Source of the DNA: Candidatus Saccharimonadales bacterium
GTDB taxonomy: Bacteria > Patescibacteriota > Saccharimonadia > Saccharimonadales > UBA4665
Length of the DNA stretch: 64,000 nt
Reading direction: 5' to 3'
NCBI GenBank assembly: GCA_035478715.1
Contig: DATIJK010000041.1
Location: 2,550 to 66,549, forward strand
In this document: piece by piece, positions 51,277-59,863 of the stretch
How the letters are laid out: each line of letters starts with the position of its first letter
How positions within the stretch are numbered: the stretch's first letter is position 1
The notes under the pieces: generated by a model
Seen by the model: the letters and a program-made list of their open reading frames with translations, nothing else
Told to the model about the DNA's origin: nothing
The model's database searches: none
Program-made: the position numbers and the translations under genes

Positions 51277-52473
51277 TTAATGTGTGGCATTTACAGTAAA
51301 CCCATTGCCGTAAAACTTCTCCGGCACCCCGCCGGTAGTGCAGATCTCCCAACCGGCTGAAAGATTGGCTACAGACGAGCCCTTTTGCATAAACGGATAG
51401 TTCTGACCGGGCACATTATGTGTCTCGAGCCATGTGACCATGGCTTTGATATTAATGGTGCCTGATGTAGTCGGCAAAGCCGGCCTATCTGCTTCTGTAG
51501 CACCGAGCTTAAATACGATCGCACCGCACGAATCATCAATTGACTGGTCGCAGGTCCCGTCGGCATGCATAGGGTTCTCACCGTCGCAAACGTGCCACGC
51601 CACACCATCAATCATCACGTTGTTTGCTACCACACCCCAGTCGTTGGCGCCGTTATTCCACGATGAAGGGCAGTCTCCGTTGTTGGTGAAATCGTACTGG
51701 ATCATCAGCTCATAGTCTGCCCAATCGTTGGGCGAATTCGGCTCCTTGAACCAGTCGTCGTGCATTGCCCACGCCGAAGTATGGGAGTTGATGGGCATAG
51801 ATAAATTGTAAGTACTTGTCAGTGTCTTGTAATCGTCCACTACGCCGGTATATCCATGCGCCCACACGTTCGAATATGCCGAAACGCTGTTATGCCCGGC
51901 GGGAGTCATATTTGTGATAACGAAATTTTGGGCGCTGTTGGCTTGCAGTGTCGACGTTGATGGAGTCACACATGTTGGGTCGTCGGTGTCGACCAGGTCG
52001 CCTAGTGCGTCGGCACACGTCGGACTCCATACGTGGCTGTCTATTTCGTTGTCCAAACTCGTGGAATCGTTTTGGCCGGTGAAATGAACTGAGTCCTGCG
52101 GGAATCCACACGCGCTGTCGACAATGCTTCCTGCTGCGTTTTTTCCAGCGCTGTAGTCCCATGCACCATTTTGGAAAACAGGTGCGGCAGATGTGCAAGC
52201 CCACGATGAGGTTGTTGCCGTGCCAAACTTTACAGCCTTTCCGCCGCTGACAGTACCATCAGTTTGTTGGGATGCTGACCCGGATAAAGCTCCATTTTCA
52301 GCTTCGCTGTTGGCAGTAAATGTCGCTGCACGGGGATTAACAACAAAGAGCATGCCGATAAAAGCAACGACTATGACAACGACAAATGCTAGCGGCTTGT
52401 CGGCTATTCGTTTTTTAAATTTTCGGATAGTATGCGATGCCATCTCATGCTTTATTCGGTTACGCTTATTCAT
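51277..52473 (-). CDS. Secreted GH12-like glycoside hydrolase with N-terminal signal anchor
   Basis: NSEAENGALSG..SGGKAVKFG motif; nucleophile box DYELMIQ (GH12 DYELMIW); IDGVAWHV; acid/base box LSAGWEICTTGG. 4-bp gap to the GH16 gene downstream. Confidence 0.7.
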   Translation of the reverse strand: MNKRNRIKHEMASHTIRKFKKRIADKPLAFVVVIVVAFIGMLFVVNPRAATFTANSEAENGALSGSASQQTDGTVSGGKAVKFGTATTSSWACTSAAPVFQNGAWDYSAGKNAAGSIVDSACGFPQDSVHFTGQNDSTSLDNEIDSHVWSPTCADALGDLVDTDDPTCVTPSTSTLQANSAQNFVITNMTPAGHNSVSAYSNVWAHGYTGVVDDYKTLTSTYNLSMPINSHTSAWAMHDDWFKEPNSPNDWADYELMIQYDFTNNGDCPSSWNNGANDWGVVANNVMIDGVAWHVCDGENPMHADGTCDQSIDDSCGAIVFKLGATEADRPALPTTSGTINIKAMVTWLETHNVPGQNYPFMQKGSSVANLSAGWEICTTGGVPEKFYGNGFTVNATH

Positions 52474-52536
52474 GTCGTACTATACACCAATCAAGGCCAA
52501 AAACTTACATACTCTAAAAACTTGCGATCAGATACG

Positions 52537-52564
52537 AAAAAAGTACCCCAAAGAAGGAGTACTT
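52537..52564 (-). terminator. Intrinsic terminator of the RRM-protein gene
   Basis: On the minus strand: AAGTACTCC-TTCTTT-GGGGTACTT followed by TTTTTT. Confidence 0.7.
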
Positions 52565-52619
52565 TTAAAAAGAGCTTTGATATTCAAAATTTGAATATCT
52601 AATTTTATTTTAATTCCGA

Positions 52620-52925
52620 TTAGAATGAGCGTCGGAAATCCCGGCCACCACTACCGCCACCACTTGAACGCCGGTCTTCTTGCGGGCGGGCCTGGTTTAC
52701 CACCACAGCGCGTCCGTTAAGCTCTTTACCGTTTAAGTTTTTGATGGCATTCTGACCGTCTTTCAGTTCTTCCATCTCTACAAATCCAAAGCCTTTTGAT
52801 TGGCCGCTGAATTTATCCTTAATTACAGTCGCGCTTACAACTTTGCCCTGATCGGCGAAAAATTGTTCGAGCTCCTCATCAGTAACGCTGTATGCTAATC
52901 CACCTACATAAAGTTTCATTGCCAT
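52620..52925 (-). CDS. RRM-type RNA-binding protein with Gly/Arg-rich tail
   Basis: RNP-2 LYVGGL and RNP-1 KGFGFVEM. C-terminal RRSSGGGSGGRDFRRSF. GGAAGGA RBS. Confidence 0.85.
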   Translation of the reverse strand: MAMKLYVGGLAYSVTDEELEQFFADQGKVVSATVIKDKFSGQSKGFGFVEMEELKDGQNAIKNLNGKELNGRAVVVNQARPQEDRRSSGGGSGGRDFRRSF

Positions 52926-53122
52926 AGTTAATAAATCCTTCCTTTAGTTTATCGCTCGCGTTCATTATTTCTGCTCGCGATGATATGTAGTGTCTGGGAG
53001 GACTTTCTATGACAACGGAGAGGTAATAGTAACCACTTGCTACGGGTAGTATATCATGGCCTGATGCTGTAATCGCAAGTAAAGGTGTCATTACTCCTTG
53101 AAAAGGCGTATACTAAGTGTAG

Positions 53123-53620
53123 ATGTATAAGTTCATGTTAGACGAGACTAATGATGCGTATGATATTTATATCAACCTTATATCGTCGTCCGCAGGGCAC
53201 TACATTAGCCGTCGGCCCCACCTGATTGGGCTTGTCAAAGAACTGTTATCGAATATCACATTGCGTGGAGCGCGAATCGTTATAGAACAGGATATGGGGC
53301 GGGGTATCGGCACTTCCGATATCGTAGCCACAAGCGACACGGATATCATTTATTATGCACAACCACTTAAATCAGAAGTATATTCACGATTTGCAAAAAA
53401 CCGGTATCCGCAATCAAGCAGCCTGTTAACGGTAGTTGTTGCCCGGGATAGTGATGGCAACTATGAGGTCTGTGATGCGTGGGTTGGCAGCAAGCACCCA
53501 GCATTTCCTGGCGATCAACATGCGACAGCCGAAAGCAAAGAATATTGGAAAACGCACGCGCTCGTACACGATGCACAAGTAGTGCAGTCGAAGACTATAA
53601 CAAAAACGTGTCCGTACTGA
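53123..53620 (+). CDS. Hypothetical protein
   Basis: 165 aa. TATACT box 10 nt upstream. No family recognised. Confidence 0.5.
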   Translation: MYKFMLDETNDAYDIYINLISSSAGHYISRRPHLIGLVKELLSNITLRGARIVIEQDMGRGIGTSDIVATSDTDIIYYAQPLKSEVYSRFAKNRYPQSSSLLTVVVARDSDGNYEVCDAWVGSKHPAFPGDQHATAESKEYWKTHALVHDAQVVQSKTITKTCPY

Positions 53621-53766
53621 TTCTGTCGTAAAGAATTGTTGCTTTAATCATAAAATTGTGCTAATGTTATAGTATTGTTTCTGATGAATCCGAATTATTG
53701 TGCGAATCGTTGTTCATTGCAGACAATCGATTCAACACTTTCTAAATTCAAAGGATTCATTTTTTT

Positions 53767-54957
53767 ATGTCTCGATATAACCAAACACGTTCTCGCAACT
53801 TCAGCCAATCAAGGCCCGTACGCAATCGGAGCACCAGACGGCAACCGCAGAAAACCTATATTCATCCATCTAAGTTCGTCCGTGCTGCACGGCCGCGTAC
53901 CGAAGTGACATATACTTCGGAGCATTCATTCGCTGATTTCAATTTGCACCCGCTTTTGCAGCGTAATTTGAACGCGATGGGCTATACCAGCCCCTCACCC
54001 ATCCAGGATAAGACGATACCGGTAGGTTTGCGCGGTAATGATATTGTCGGCATTGCCAACACTGGTACTGGTAAAACTGCAGCGTTTGCTATTCCAATTT
54101 TCCAGCGGCTCTTAAACGATGCAAATTCTAAAGCTATTATCCTTGCCCCTACGCGCGAACTGGCACAGCAGATCGAAGAACAATGCCGCCAAATCGCCAA
54201 AGGCAGCAGGATTGCCGGCGCATTACTTATCGGTGGCACCGCCATGGGGTCTCAATTACGGGATCTTCGCAGCAACCCTCGAATCATCATTGGTACACCC
54301 GGAAGAATAAAGGACCATTTGGATCGTCGCTCATTGAGCTTGGCAGACTGCAACCTTGTCGTGTTAGACGAAGTCGACCGCATGTTAGATATGGGTTTTG
54401 TCCATGATATCCGCTATATTCTCACGCAAACCAATCCTATTAAACAGAGTTTTTATTTTTCTGCGACGCTTGATTCCAGAGTAACGTCGATAATTGAAAG
54501 CTTTTCTGTGGATCCGATTCAAATCTCCGTAAAATCAGGAGAAACAAGTGATAACATCGAGCAAAACGTCGTAACATATTTATCAAGCACAGATAAAATC
54601 GACCGGCTACACGACTTGTTAATACAGGATCCGAGCTCTAAAACACTGGTATTTGATGATACGCACCGGAGTGTTGAAAAGCTTGCTAAAGAATTAGACG
54701 CACGAGGTTTCTCAGCGGATTCAATTCATGGCGGCAAATCTCAACCACAGCGTCAGCGGGTACTGAAAAAATTTAAGGACAGCGACATAAGAATTCTGGT
54801 AGCAACTGACGTAGCTGCCCGCGGACTTGATATATCAGATATCACGCATGTAATTAATTACTCGCTCCCACAAACATACGATGATTATGTGCACCGTATC
54901 GGCAGGACAGGCCGAGCTGGAAAGATCGGGTACGCTTTAACATTTATTGAAAAATAA
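53767..54957 (+). CDS. DEAD-box ATP-dependent RNA helicase (motif II is DEVD)
   Basis: Q motif (F..F...GY..PSPIQ), motif I NTGTGKTAAF, Ia PTRELA, Ib TPGR, II LDEVD, III SAT, VI HRIGRTGRAG. Basic N-terminal extension. Confidence 0.9.
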   Translation: MSRYNQTRSRNFSQSRPVRNRSTRRQPQKTYIHPSKFVRAARPRTEVTYTSEHSFADFNLHPLLQRNLNAMGYTSPSPIQDKTIPVGLRGNDIVGIANTGTGKTAAFAIPIFQRLLNDANSKAIILAPTRELAQQIEEQCRQIAKGSRIAGALLIGGTAMGSQLRDLRSNPRIIIGTPGRIKDHLDRRSLSLADCNLVVLDEVDRMLDMGFVHDIRYILTQTNPIKQSFYFSATLDSRVTSIIESFSVDPIQISVKSGETSDNIEQNVVTYLSSTDKIDRLHDLLIQDPSSKTLVFDDTHRSVEKLAKELDARGFSADSIHGGKSQPQRQRVLKKFKDSDIRILVATDVAARGLDISDITHVINYSLPQTYDDYVHRIGRTGRAGKIGYALTFIEK

Positions 54958-55037
54958 CCTTGCGAAGTAGCAGTAATCTTTGCTCGGTGTATTGAAAAAT
55001 TTATGTGCGTGGTACGATAGTATTCTAGGAGTACGTT

Positions 55038-55403
55038 ATGGCAAAACAGGATTTCGGTGGTGTTTGGCACAGTATTTATCATTACAAGCACCCGGATTTA
55101 CCGGGACTGCAGAAAAGTGAGCATGACGTTAAGATTTATCGCAAGGGTGACGAACTAATCATTGAAAGTCTCCCGAACGATGAAAACTCGTATCTTATAG
55201 TACATCTAAAGCTTGATGGCAATATCGCAACTGGTTCGTGGGAAGAGCACACGTCGCCAACTGGTGCCCATAAGCGCGAAATATATTCTGGCGCGGTACA
55301 ATTCGTTTTAAGTGATGACGGCAATGATTTTGACGGAATGTATTTAACCTTCGACAGGCGCAACTTCGTCAAAAGCAACTACTGGCACCTATACCGCCAA
55401 TAA
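55038..55403 (+). CDS. Hypothetical protein
   Basis: 121 aa, soluble, beta-rich composition. No family recognised. Confidence 0.45.
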   Translation: MAKQDFGGVWHSIYHYKHPDLPGLQKSEHDVKIYRKGDELIIESLPNDENSYLIVHLKLDGNIATGSWEEHTSPTGAHKREIYSGAVQFVLSDDGNDFDGMYLTFDRRNFVKSNYWHLYRQ

Positions 55404-55516
55404 TAGAAGCAACTCGTTTGTATAATTTTCTAATGCGGTTGTCCGTACTTGTAAAACATTGATTGGTTTATAATAATTAATTGAGTTCAGTGTTGTGATA
55501 TAGAAAAAAGAGCAGC

Positions 55517-55546
55517 CCGAGCAAAAAATCGCACTTTTTTGCTCGG
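55517..55546. terminator. Bidirectional-type hairpin terminator
   Basis: CCGAGCAAAAAA-TCGCAC-TTTTTTGCTCGG, a perfect 12-bp stem with A and T tracts built in. Confidence 0.6.
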
Positions 55547-55581
55547 CGCGATGGGAAAAACCGCAGGTTTGTCTCATTTTT

Positions 55582-55657
55582 GGGGACGTAGCTCAGTTGA
55601 TAGAGCGCCGCATTCGCATTGCGGAGGTCGTGGGTTTGACTCCCATCGTCTCCACCA
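55582..55657 (+). tRNA. tRNA-Ala (anticodon CGC), CCA encoded
   Basis: Acceptor GGGGACG/CGTCTCC with G3:U70, anticodon stem CCGCA/TGCGG with loop TTCGCAT, T-arm GTGGG-TTTGACT-CCCAT. Confidence 0.88.
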
Positions 55658-55776
55658 CTCGATTCGGCAGTTAATTCTGCCTCACTCATGGTAAACCAGT
55701 TGGATTTGTAAGATTAAAGTCTTTGCAGAATATATTTTGATCCGAAACGAAAGACCCTGAGCAAAGTCGAAGGGCC
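55658..55776 (+). repeat. CCA-abutting element, copy B (about 119 nt)
   Basis: Starts at the base after CCA. Carries the same four motif blocks as copy A in the same order (CTCGATTCG.., CACTCATGGTAAAC, GACCCTGAGC, GTCGAAGGGCC). The interior differs. Confidence 0.55.
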
Positions 55777-55842
55777 AAATTTCAAGTAGAATACAATAGA
55801 ATTGCAAATAACTACTTTATATGATATGGTAGTTGCAATTTT

Positions 55843-56490
55843 ATGAGTAGGAAAGGCCCGGAATATATCCGAGGCGAATCTAAACGTGCACTTGATCTAG
55901 GAGTGGCGGCAGCGTCATTACTATTGCTTTCGCCTGCGTTAGTTACTGGTGTTGCAATATCGGCATATGATACCCGTATGACCCCCATCTTTACGCAACC
56001 TCGTCGCGGCAAAGCTGGTAAAACTTTTGACGCTATAAAAATACGGACGATGCCAGGCGACGTTAAAGACAACGTGATGCAAGGAACGCAGGGTACATTT
56101 GACAACCGCGCATCAAATATCTGTAAATTATTAAGACGTTCTGGCTTAGATGAAATGCCGCAATTATGGAATGTCATACGTGGCGATATGCATGTTATTG
56201 GTATACGCCCAATGCTTCAGGACGACCTGAATAGATGGCAAGATGTAGACGGAAGTTTGTTCGCAGATTACATAGAGGCATATGACGTTTGCCCAGGTCT
56301 GACCGGACCAGACCAGTTATATCGTAAACGGCAAAAAGATTGTAATTCACCAAACGTTATAAAGCATTCGATGCGTTTAGGTATCGATTATGTTGAAAAT
56401 GCATCTCTTGTACGAGATGTGCGAATTCTTGCACAAACAGTCCCCGCAATACTCGGTATCATCTCGCCGTTCGATCAAATTGCGTCCTGA
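55843..56490 (+). CDS. Polyprenyl-phosphate sugar phosphotransferase (bacterial sugar transferase family, small form)
   Basis: KRALDLGVAAASLLLLSPALV (membrane hairpin), IFTQPRRGKAGKTFDAIKIRTM, DEMPQLWNVIRGDMHVIGIRP. Confidence 0.85.
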   Translation: MSRKGPEYIRGESKRALDLGVAAASLLLLSPALVTGVAISAYDTRMTPIFTQPRRGKAGKTFDAIKIRTMPGDVKDNVMQGTQGTFDNRASNICKLLRRSGLDEMPQLWNVIRGDMHVIGIRPMLQDDLNRWQDVDGSLFADYIEAYDVCPGLTGPDQLYRKRQKDCNSPNVIKHSMRLGIDYVENASLVRDVRILAQTVPAILGIISPFDQIAS

Positions 56491-56532
56491 TATTGACGGA
56501 AGCATTAGCATAATTGCATAATTAACAGCAAT

Positions 56533-57399
56533 ATGCAGGGTAGTACAATTCGGGCAAGTGAGCTGTCTGTGGTTCGAGGCGGCATAGTCGTCCTCAGCAG
56601 GCTGACGTTTGGTATTTCCCCTGGCAGGTTGACGGGACTTATCGGACCAAGCGGATCCGGCAAAACTACGTTGATCCGATCAATCGTCGGCGCGCAGAAG
56701 ATTACCGGCGGCAGTTTGAAAGTGTTGGGCAAAAAAGCCGGCAGCAAATCGCTGCGGCCGCATATTGGATATGTATCACAGAATCTTAGCGTATATGGTG
56801 ATTTGACCGTCAATCAGAATCTGAAGTATTTTGCGGTAATACTTGGTAAAAAGAAATCCGATATCAAAAACGTACTGAAAAAAGTCGATTTGGAACCGCA
56901 GGCGAAACAGATTGTCGCAACGTTATCCGGCGGGCAAAAGGCCAGGGTGTCCCTGGCAGTAGCACTACTTTCGGACGCGGAAATACTTATCTTGGACGAA
57001 CCGACGGTTGGCCTTGATCCCTTGTTGCGGAAAAAATTATGGAGCTTATTTAGGCATTTGGCCGATGAGGGCCATACTCTCCTGATTTCAAGCCACGTGA
57101 TGGACGAGGCCGAAAAATGCGATGATATCATGTTGCTTCGCGACGGAAAGATACTCAAATTCGATACCAGAGCTGATATTTTATACAAAACTGGCACGCG
57201 CTCTGTCGAAGATGCATTCTTGAAACTGGTCGAAAACCGAGTAACGTCGGCAGACAGTCAACCCGAGAAAACTTATACAGTACACGCAACCCCGAGAATG
57301 CAGGATTCGAATCAGGCAACATCGAAAGCCGAACAGGCGCATCATATGCATGGTAAGACTTTAGACGTGACTCCACCGCCTAAGAAAGGCAAAGACTGA
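56533..57399 (+). CDS. ABC transporter ATP-binding protein
   Basis: Walker A GPSGSGKTT, signature LSGGQKARVSLAVA, Walker B ILILDEPTVGLD. Hydrophilic C-terminal extension. Confidence 0.9.
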   Translation: MQGSTIRASELSVVRGGIVVLSRLTFGISPGRLTGLIGPSGSGKTTLIRSIVGAQKITGGSLKVLGKKAGSKSLRPHIGYVSQNLSVYGDLTVNQNLKYFAVILGKKKSDIKNVLKKVDLEPQAKQIVATLSGGQKARVSLAVALLSDAEILILDEPTVGLDPLLRKKLWSLFRHLADEGHTLLISSHVMDEAEKCDDIMLLRDGKILKFDTRADILYKTGTRSVEDAFLKLVENRVTSADSQPEKTYTVHATPRMQDSNQATSKAEQAHHMHGKTLDVTPPPKKGKD

Positions 57400-58136
57400 T
57401 GCACCCTCGTATAGTTTTAGCCACTTCTGCTAGAGTGTTCAAGCAGTTGCGCCACGATCCACGGACGCTTGCGCTTATGTTAGTCGTCCCGTGCGTTTTA
57501 CTTGGATTACTCGCGTGGATGTATAGCGATACCCCACTGCTGTTCGATCATATCGGTGCATCATTGCTTGGGATTTTCCCGTTCGTCATCATGTTTTTGA
57601 TCACCTCGATTACGACGTTGCGCGAGCGGACAAGCGGCACGCTTGAGCGTTTACTGGCAATGCCTGTCGGCAAACTCGATATTATTCTGGGTTATGCGCT
57701 GACTTTCGGTTTTTTGGCGATGATTCAGTCGCTTGTCGCCGGATTTATATCGATTCATGTCTACGGCTTAAATGTCGTCGGACCGGAATGGTTCGTATTT
57801 GTAATTGCGATCGTTGATGCGATTTTGGGCGCGGCGCTCGGCTTATTCGTCAGTGCGTTCGCTTCGACGGAATTCCAGGCCGTTCAATTTATGCCGGCGT
57901 TCATCCTACCGCAATTCCTATTGTGCGGGTTGCTCGTGCCGCTTGCACATTTGCCGCACGCGCTCTATCTGATAGCGAAATGCCTCCCGTTAACGTACTC
58001 AGTGAGTGCCATGCAATGGGTCAGTATCCAACCGGCAATTTCAGACGAGGCATACCGCGACGTATTGATAGTTTTAGCGTTCGCTGTCGGCGCAATCATA
58101 CTTGGCGCCGCCACATTGCGACGCCAAACCAAGTAG
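57399..58136 (+). CDS. ABC-2-type transporter permease
   Basis: Six TM helices with an ERTSGTLERLLAMPV motif. Start overlaps the ATPase stop (TGATG). Confidence 0.8.
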   Translation: MHPRIVLATSARVFKQLRHDPRTLALMLVVPCVLLGLLAWMYSDTPLLFDHIGASLLGIFPFVIMFLITSITTLRERTSGTLERLLAMPVGKLDIILGYALTFGFLAMIQSLVAGFISIHVYGLNVVGPEWFVFVIAIVDAILGAALGLFVSAFASTEFQAVQFMPAFILPQFLLCGLLVPLAHLPHALYLIAKCLPLTYSVSAMQWVSIQPAISDEAYRDVLIVLAFAVGAIILGAATLRRQTK

Positions 58137-58164
58137 TTTATCCGATTGCTGGTACAATACTTGC

Positions 58165-59085
58165 ATGGATGAATTTTTCACCGAAGCACTAAAAATTAAA
58201 AACTTGGCGTGGTATCTTGTCGGCGGCGGGATTGCGCTGTTAATTATTTTTGGTGTGATATGGTGGAATATGGTTTATCAGAATCCATATAACGTCTATT
58301 GGGGGATGCTGTCGAACAGCTTATCTACTTCGAGCGTAACGAAACATCTGACGCAAAAAAGCGGGGCGACTTCGCTGGACCAATTAATCGCATTCAATTT
58401 CGGTACGCAGAATTACGCATATGGGCGGACTGTTTTAAAAGATCCGGTCAGCACGGTCCACACCGAAAGTATCGGCACAATCAAGAACGATTTTATCCGT
58501 TATACCAATATCGAAACAAAACAGAAGAATCGTAAAGGCAAGACAATCAACTTTTCGCCGGTCCTGGGCAAATGGGCTAAAGCCGACGCCGTGAACGCGC
58601 CGGCCCAGAACGGTTCTGCACCGTTCTTTATTCAATCGGTCATCGGCCTGGCAGGCGGTAACACGGTTCCGATCGTAAACCTGCCCGAACAGCAACGCGA
58701 AAGCCTGATGAAATTACTGCACGATACCGACGTATATAAGACTGACGTAAATAAGGTGAAGAAAAAAGTCGTGGATGGCAAGATGCTGTACACCTATGAC
58801 GTCAGCGTCGAACCGGTCGCGTACGTGGCATTCGAAAAACAGTTAGCGAATGATTTGGGTATCAAAACATTGAGCCAGATCGATCCAGAGAACTACGCAA
58901 GTCAGGATGCGATAAAAATGAATTTCGTGGTAGATGCGCATTCGCACCGGCTATCAGCGATTAAATTCCAAAGCTCCAGCCACACAGAAACGTACACAGC
59001 TTACGGCATGCCACCCAGAACGGACATCCCAAAAACTACAATTTCAGACACAAAACTCCAAGAACTTTTAACCAGCGTCCAGTGA
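58165..59085 (+). CDS. Hypothetical membrane-anchored extracytoplasmic protein
   Basis: ATG 58165 (track start 58102 overlaps the previous gene). TACAAT box 6 nt upstream. One N-terminal TM, then about 280 aa unassigned. Confidence 0.5.
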   Translation: MDEFFTEALKIKNLAWYLVGGGIALLIIFGVIWWNMVYQNPYNVYWGMLSNSLSTSSVTKHLTQKSGATSLDQLIAFNFGTQNYAYGRTVLKDPVSTVHTESIGTIKNDFIRYTNIETKQKNRKGKTINFSPVLGKWAKADAVNAPAQNGSAPFFIQSVIGLAGGNTVPIVNLPEQQRESLMKLLHDTDVYKTDVNKVKKKVVDGKMLYTYDVSVEPVAYVAFEKQLANDLGIKTLSQIDPENYASQDAIKMNFVVDAHSHRLSAIKFQSSSHTETYTAYGMPPRTDIPKTTISDTKLQELLTSVQ

Positions 59086-59113
59086 TTTCGGTTATGTATA
59101 ATAAGCAGTAATT

Positions 59114-59863
59114 ATGCAGGTCGTTGTTGACAATCTTCTTACTGAATACTCTCGCGTCGGCAAGGGTAAAACGGTATTGGTTCTGCATGGCTGGGCTGAT
59201 AGTTCCAAAGGTTGGCGCGGCGTGCAGGAAAAACTGGCAGAGAAGTTTGATGTGGTAATCCCTGATTTACCAGGTTTTGGCGGGACTGAAGCACCAAAGG
59301 AAGATTGGGGGCTGGATGATTATGCAAAATTCGTCAATGCTTTTTTAAAAAAGACAAAGATTAAGACGTATGCGATTATCGCACATTCCAATGGTGGGGC
59401 TATCGCAATCCGCGGTTTGGCAAATAAAGATTTTATTACCGATAAACTTATTCTTTTGGATAGTGCTGGAATCAGGAATCAATATAAGGGCAGAACCAAA
59501 GCCCTGAGAATCGTTACCAAAACTGGAAAGGTCATGACAAAACCGCTACCGGCTAGTGTTAAGAAACGGTTGCGGCGGAAATTATACAAATCTGTCGGGT
59601 CGGATATGCTGGTTGCCGAACATTTGCAAGAGACGTTCAAACGAGTAGTGACTGATGACGTACAGGGTGATGCGGCTAAATTGCATCTACCCACTTTGAT
59701 TATGTACGGCCAAGATGACCTGGACGCGCCGATAAGCTATGGCCGTTCGTTTCACAATCTTATTGCCGGTTCAAAGTTCGATATAGTACCCGATGCCGGT
59801 CATTTCGTGCACCTTGATAAAACCGATTACGTCCTTGATGAAATCGAAGGATTCTTGAAATGA
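59114..59863 (+). CDS. Alpha/beta hydrolase
   Basis: HGWADSS oxyanion region, nucleophile elbow AHSNGG, catalytic His in GHFVHLD. Confidence 0.8.
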   Translation: MQVVVDNLLTEYSRVGKGKTVLVLHGWADSSKGWRGVQEKLAEKFDVVIPDLPGFGGTEAPKEDWGLDDYAKFVNAFLKKTKIKTYAIIAHSNGGAIAIRGLANKDFITDKLILLDSAGIRNQYKGRTKALRIVTKTGKVMTKPLPASVKKRLRRKLYKSVGSDMLVAEHLQETFKRVVTDDVQGDAAKLHLPTLIMYGQDDLDAPISYGRSFHNLIAGSKFDIVPDAGHFVHLDKTDYVLDEIEGFLK

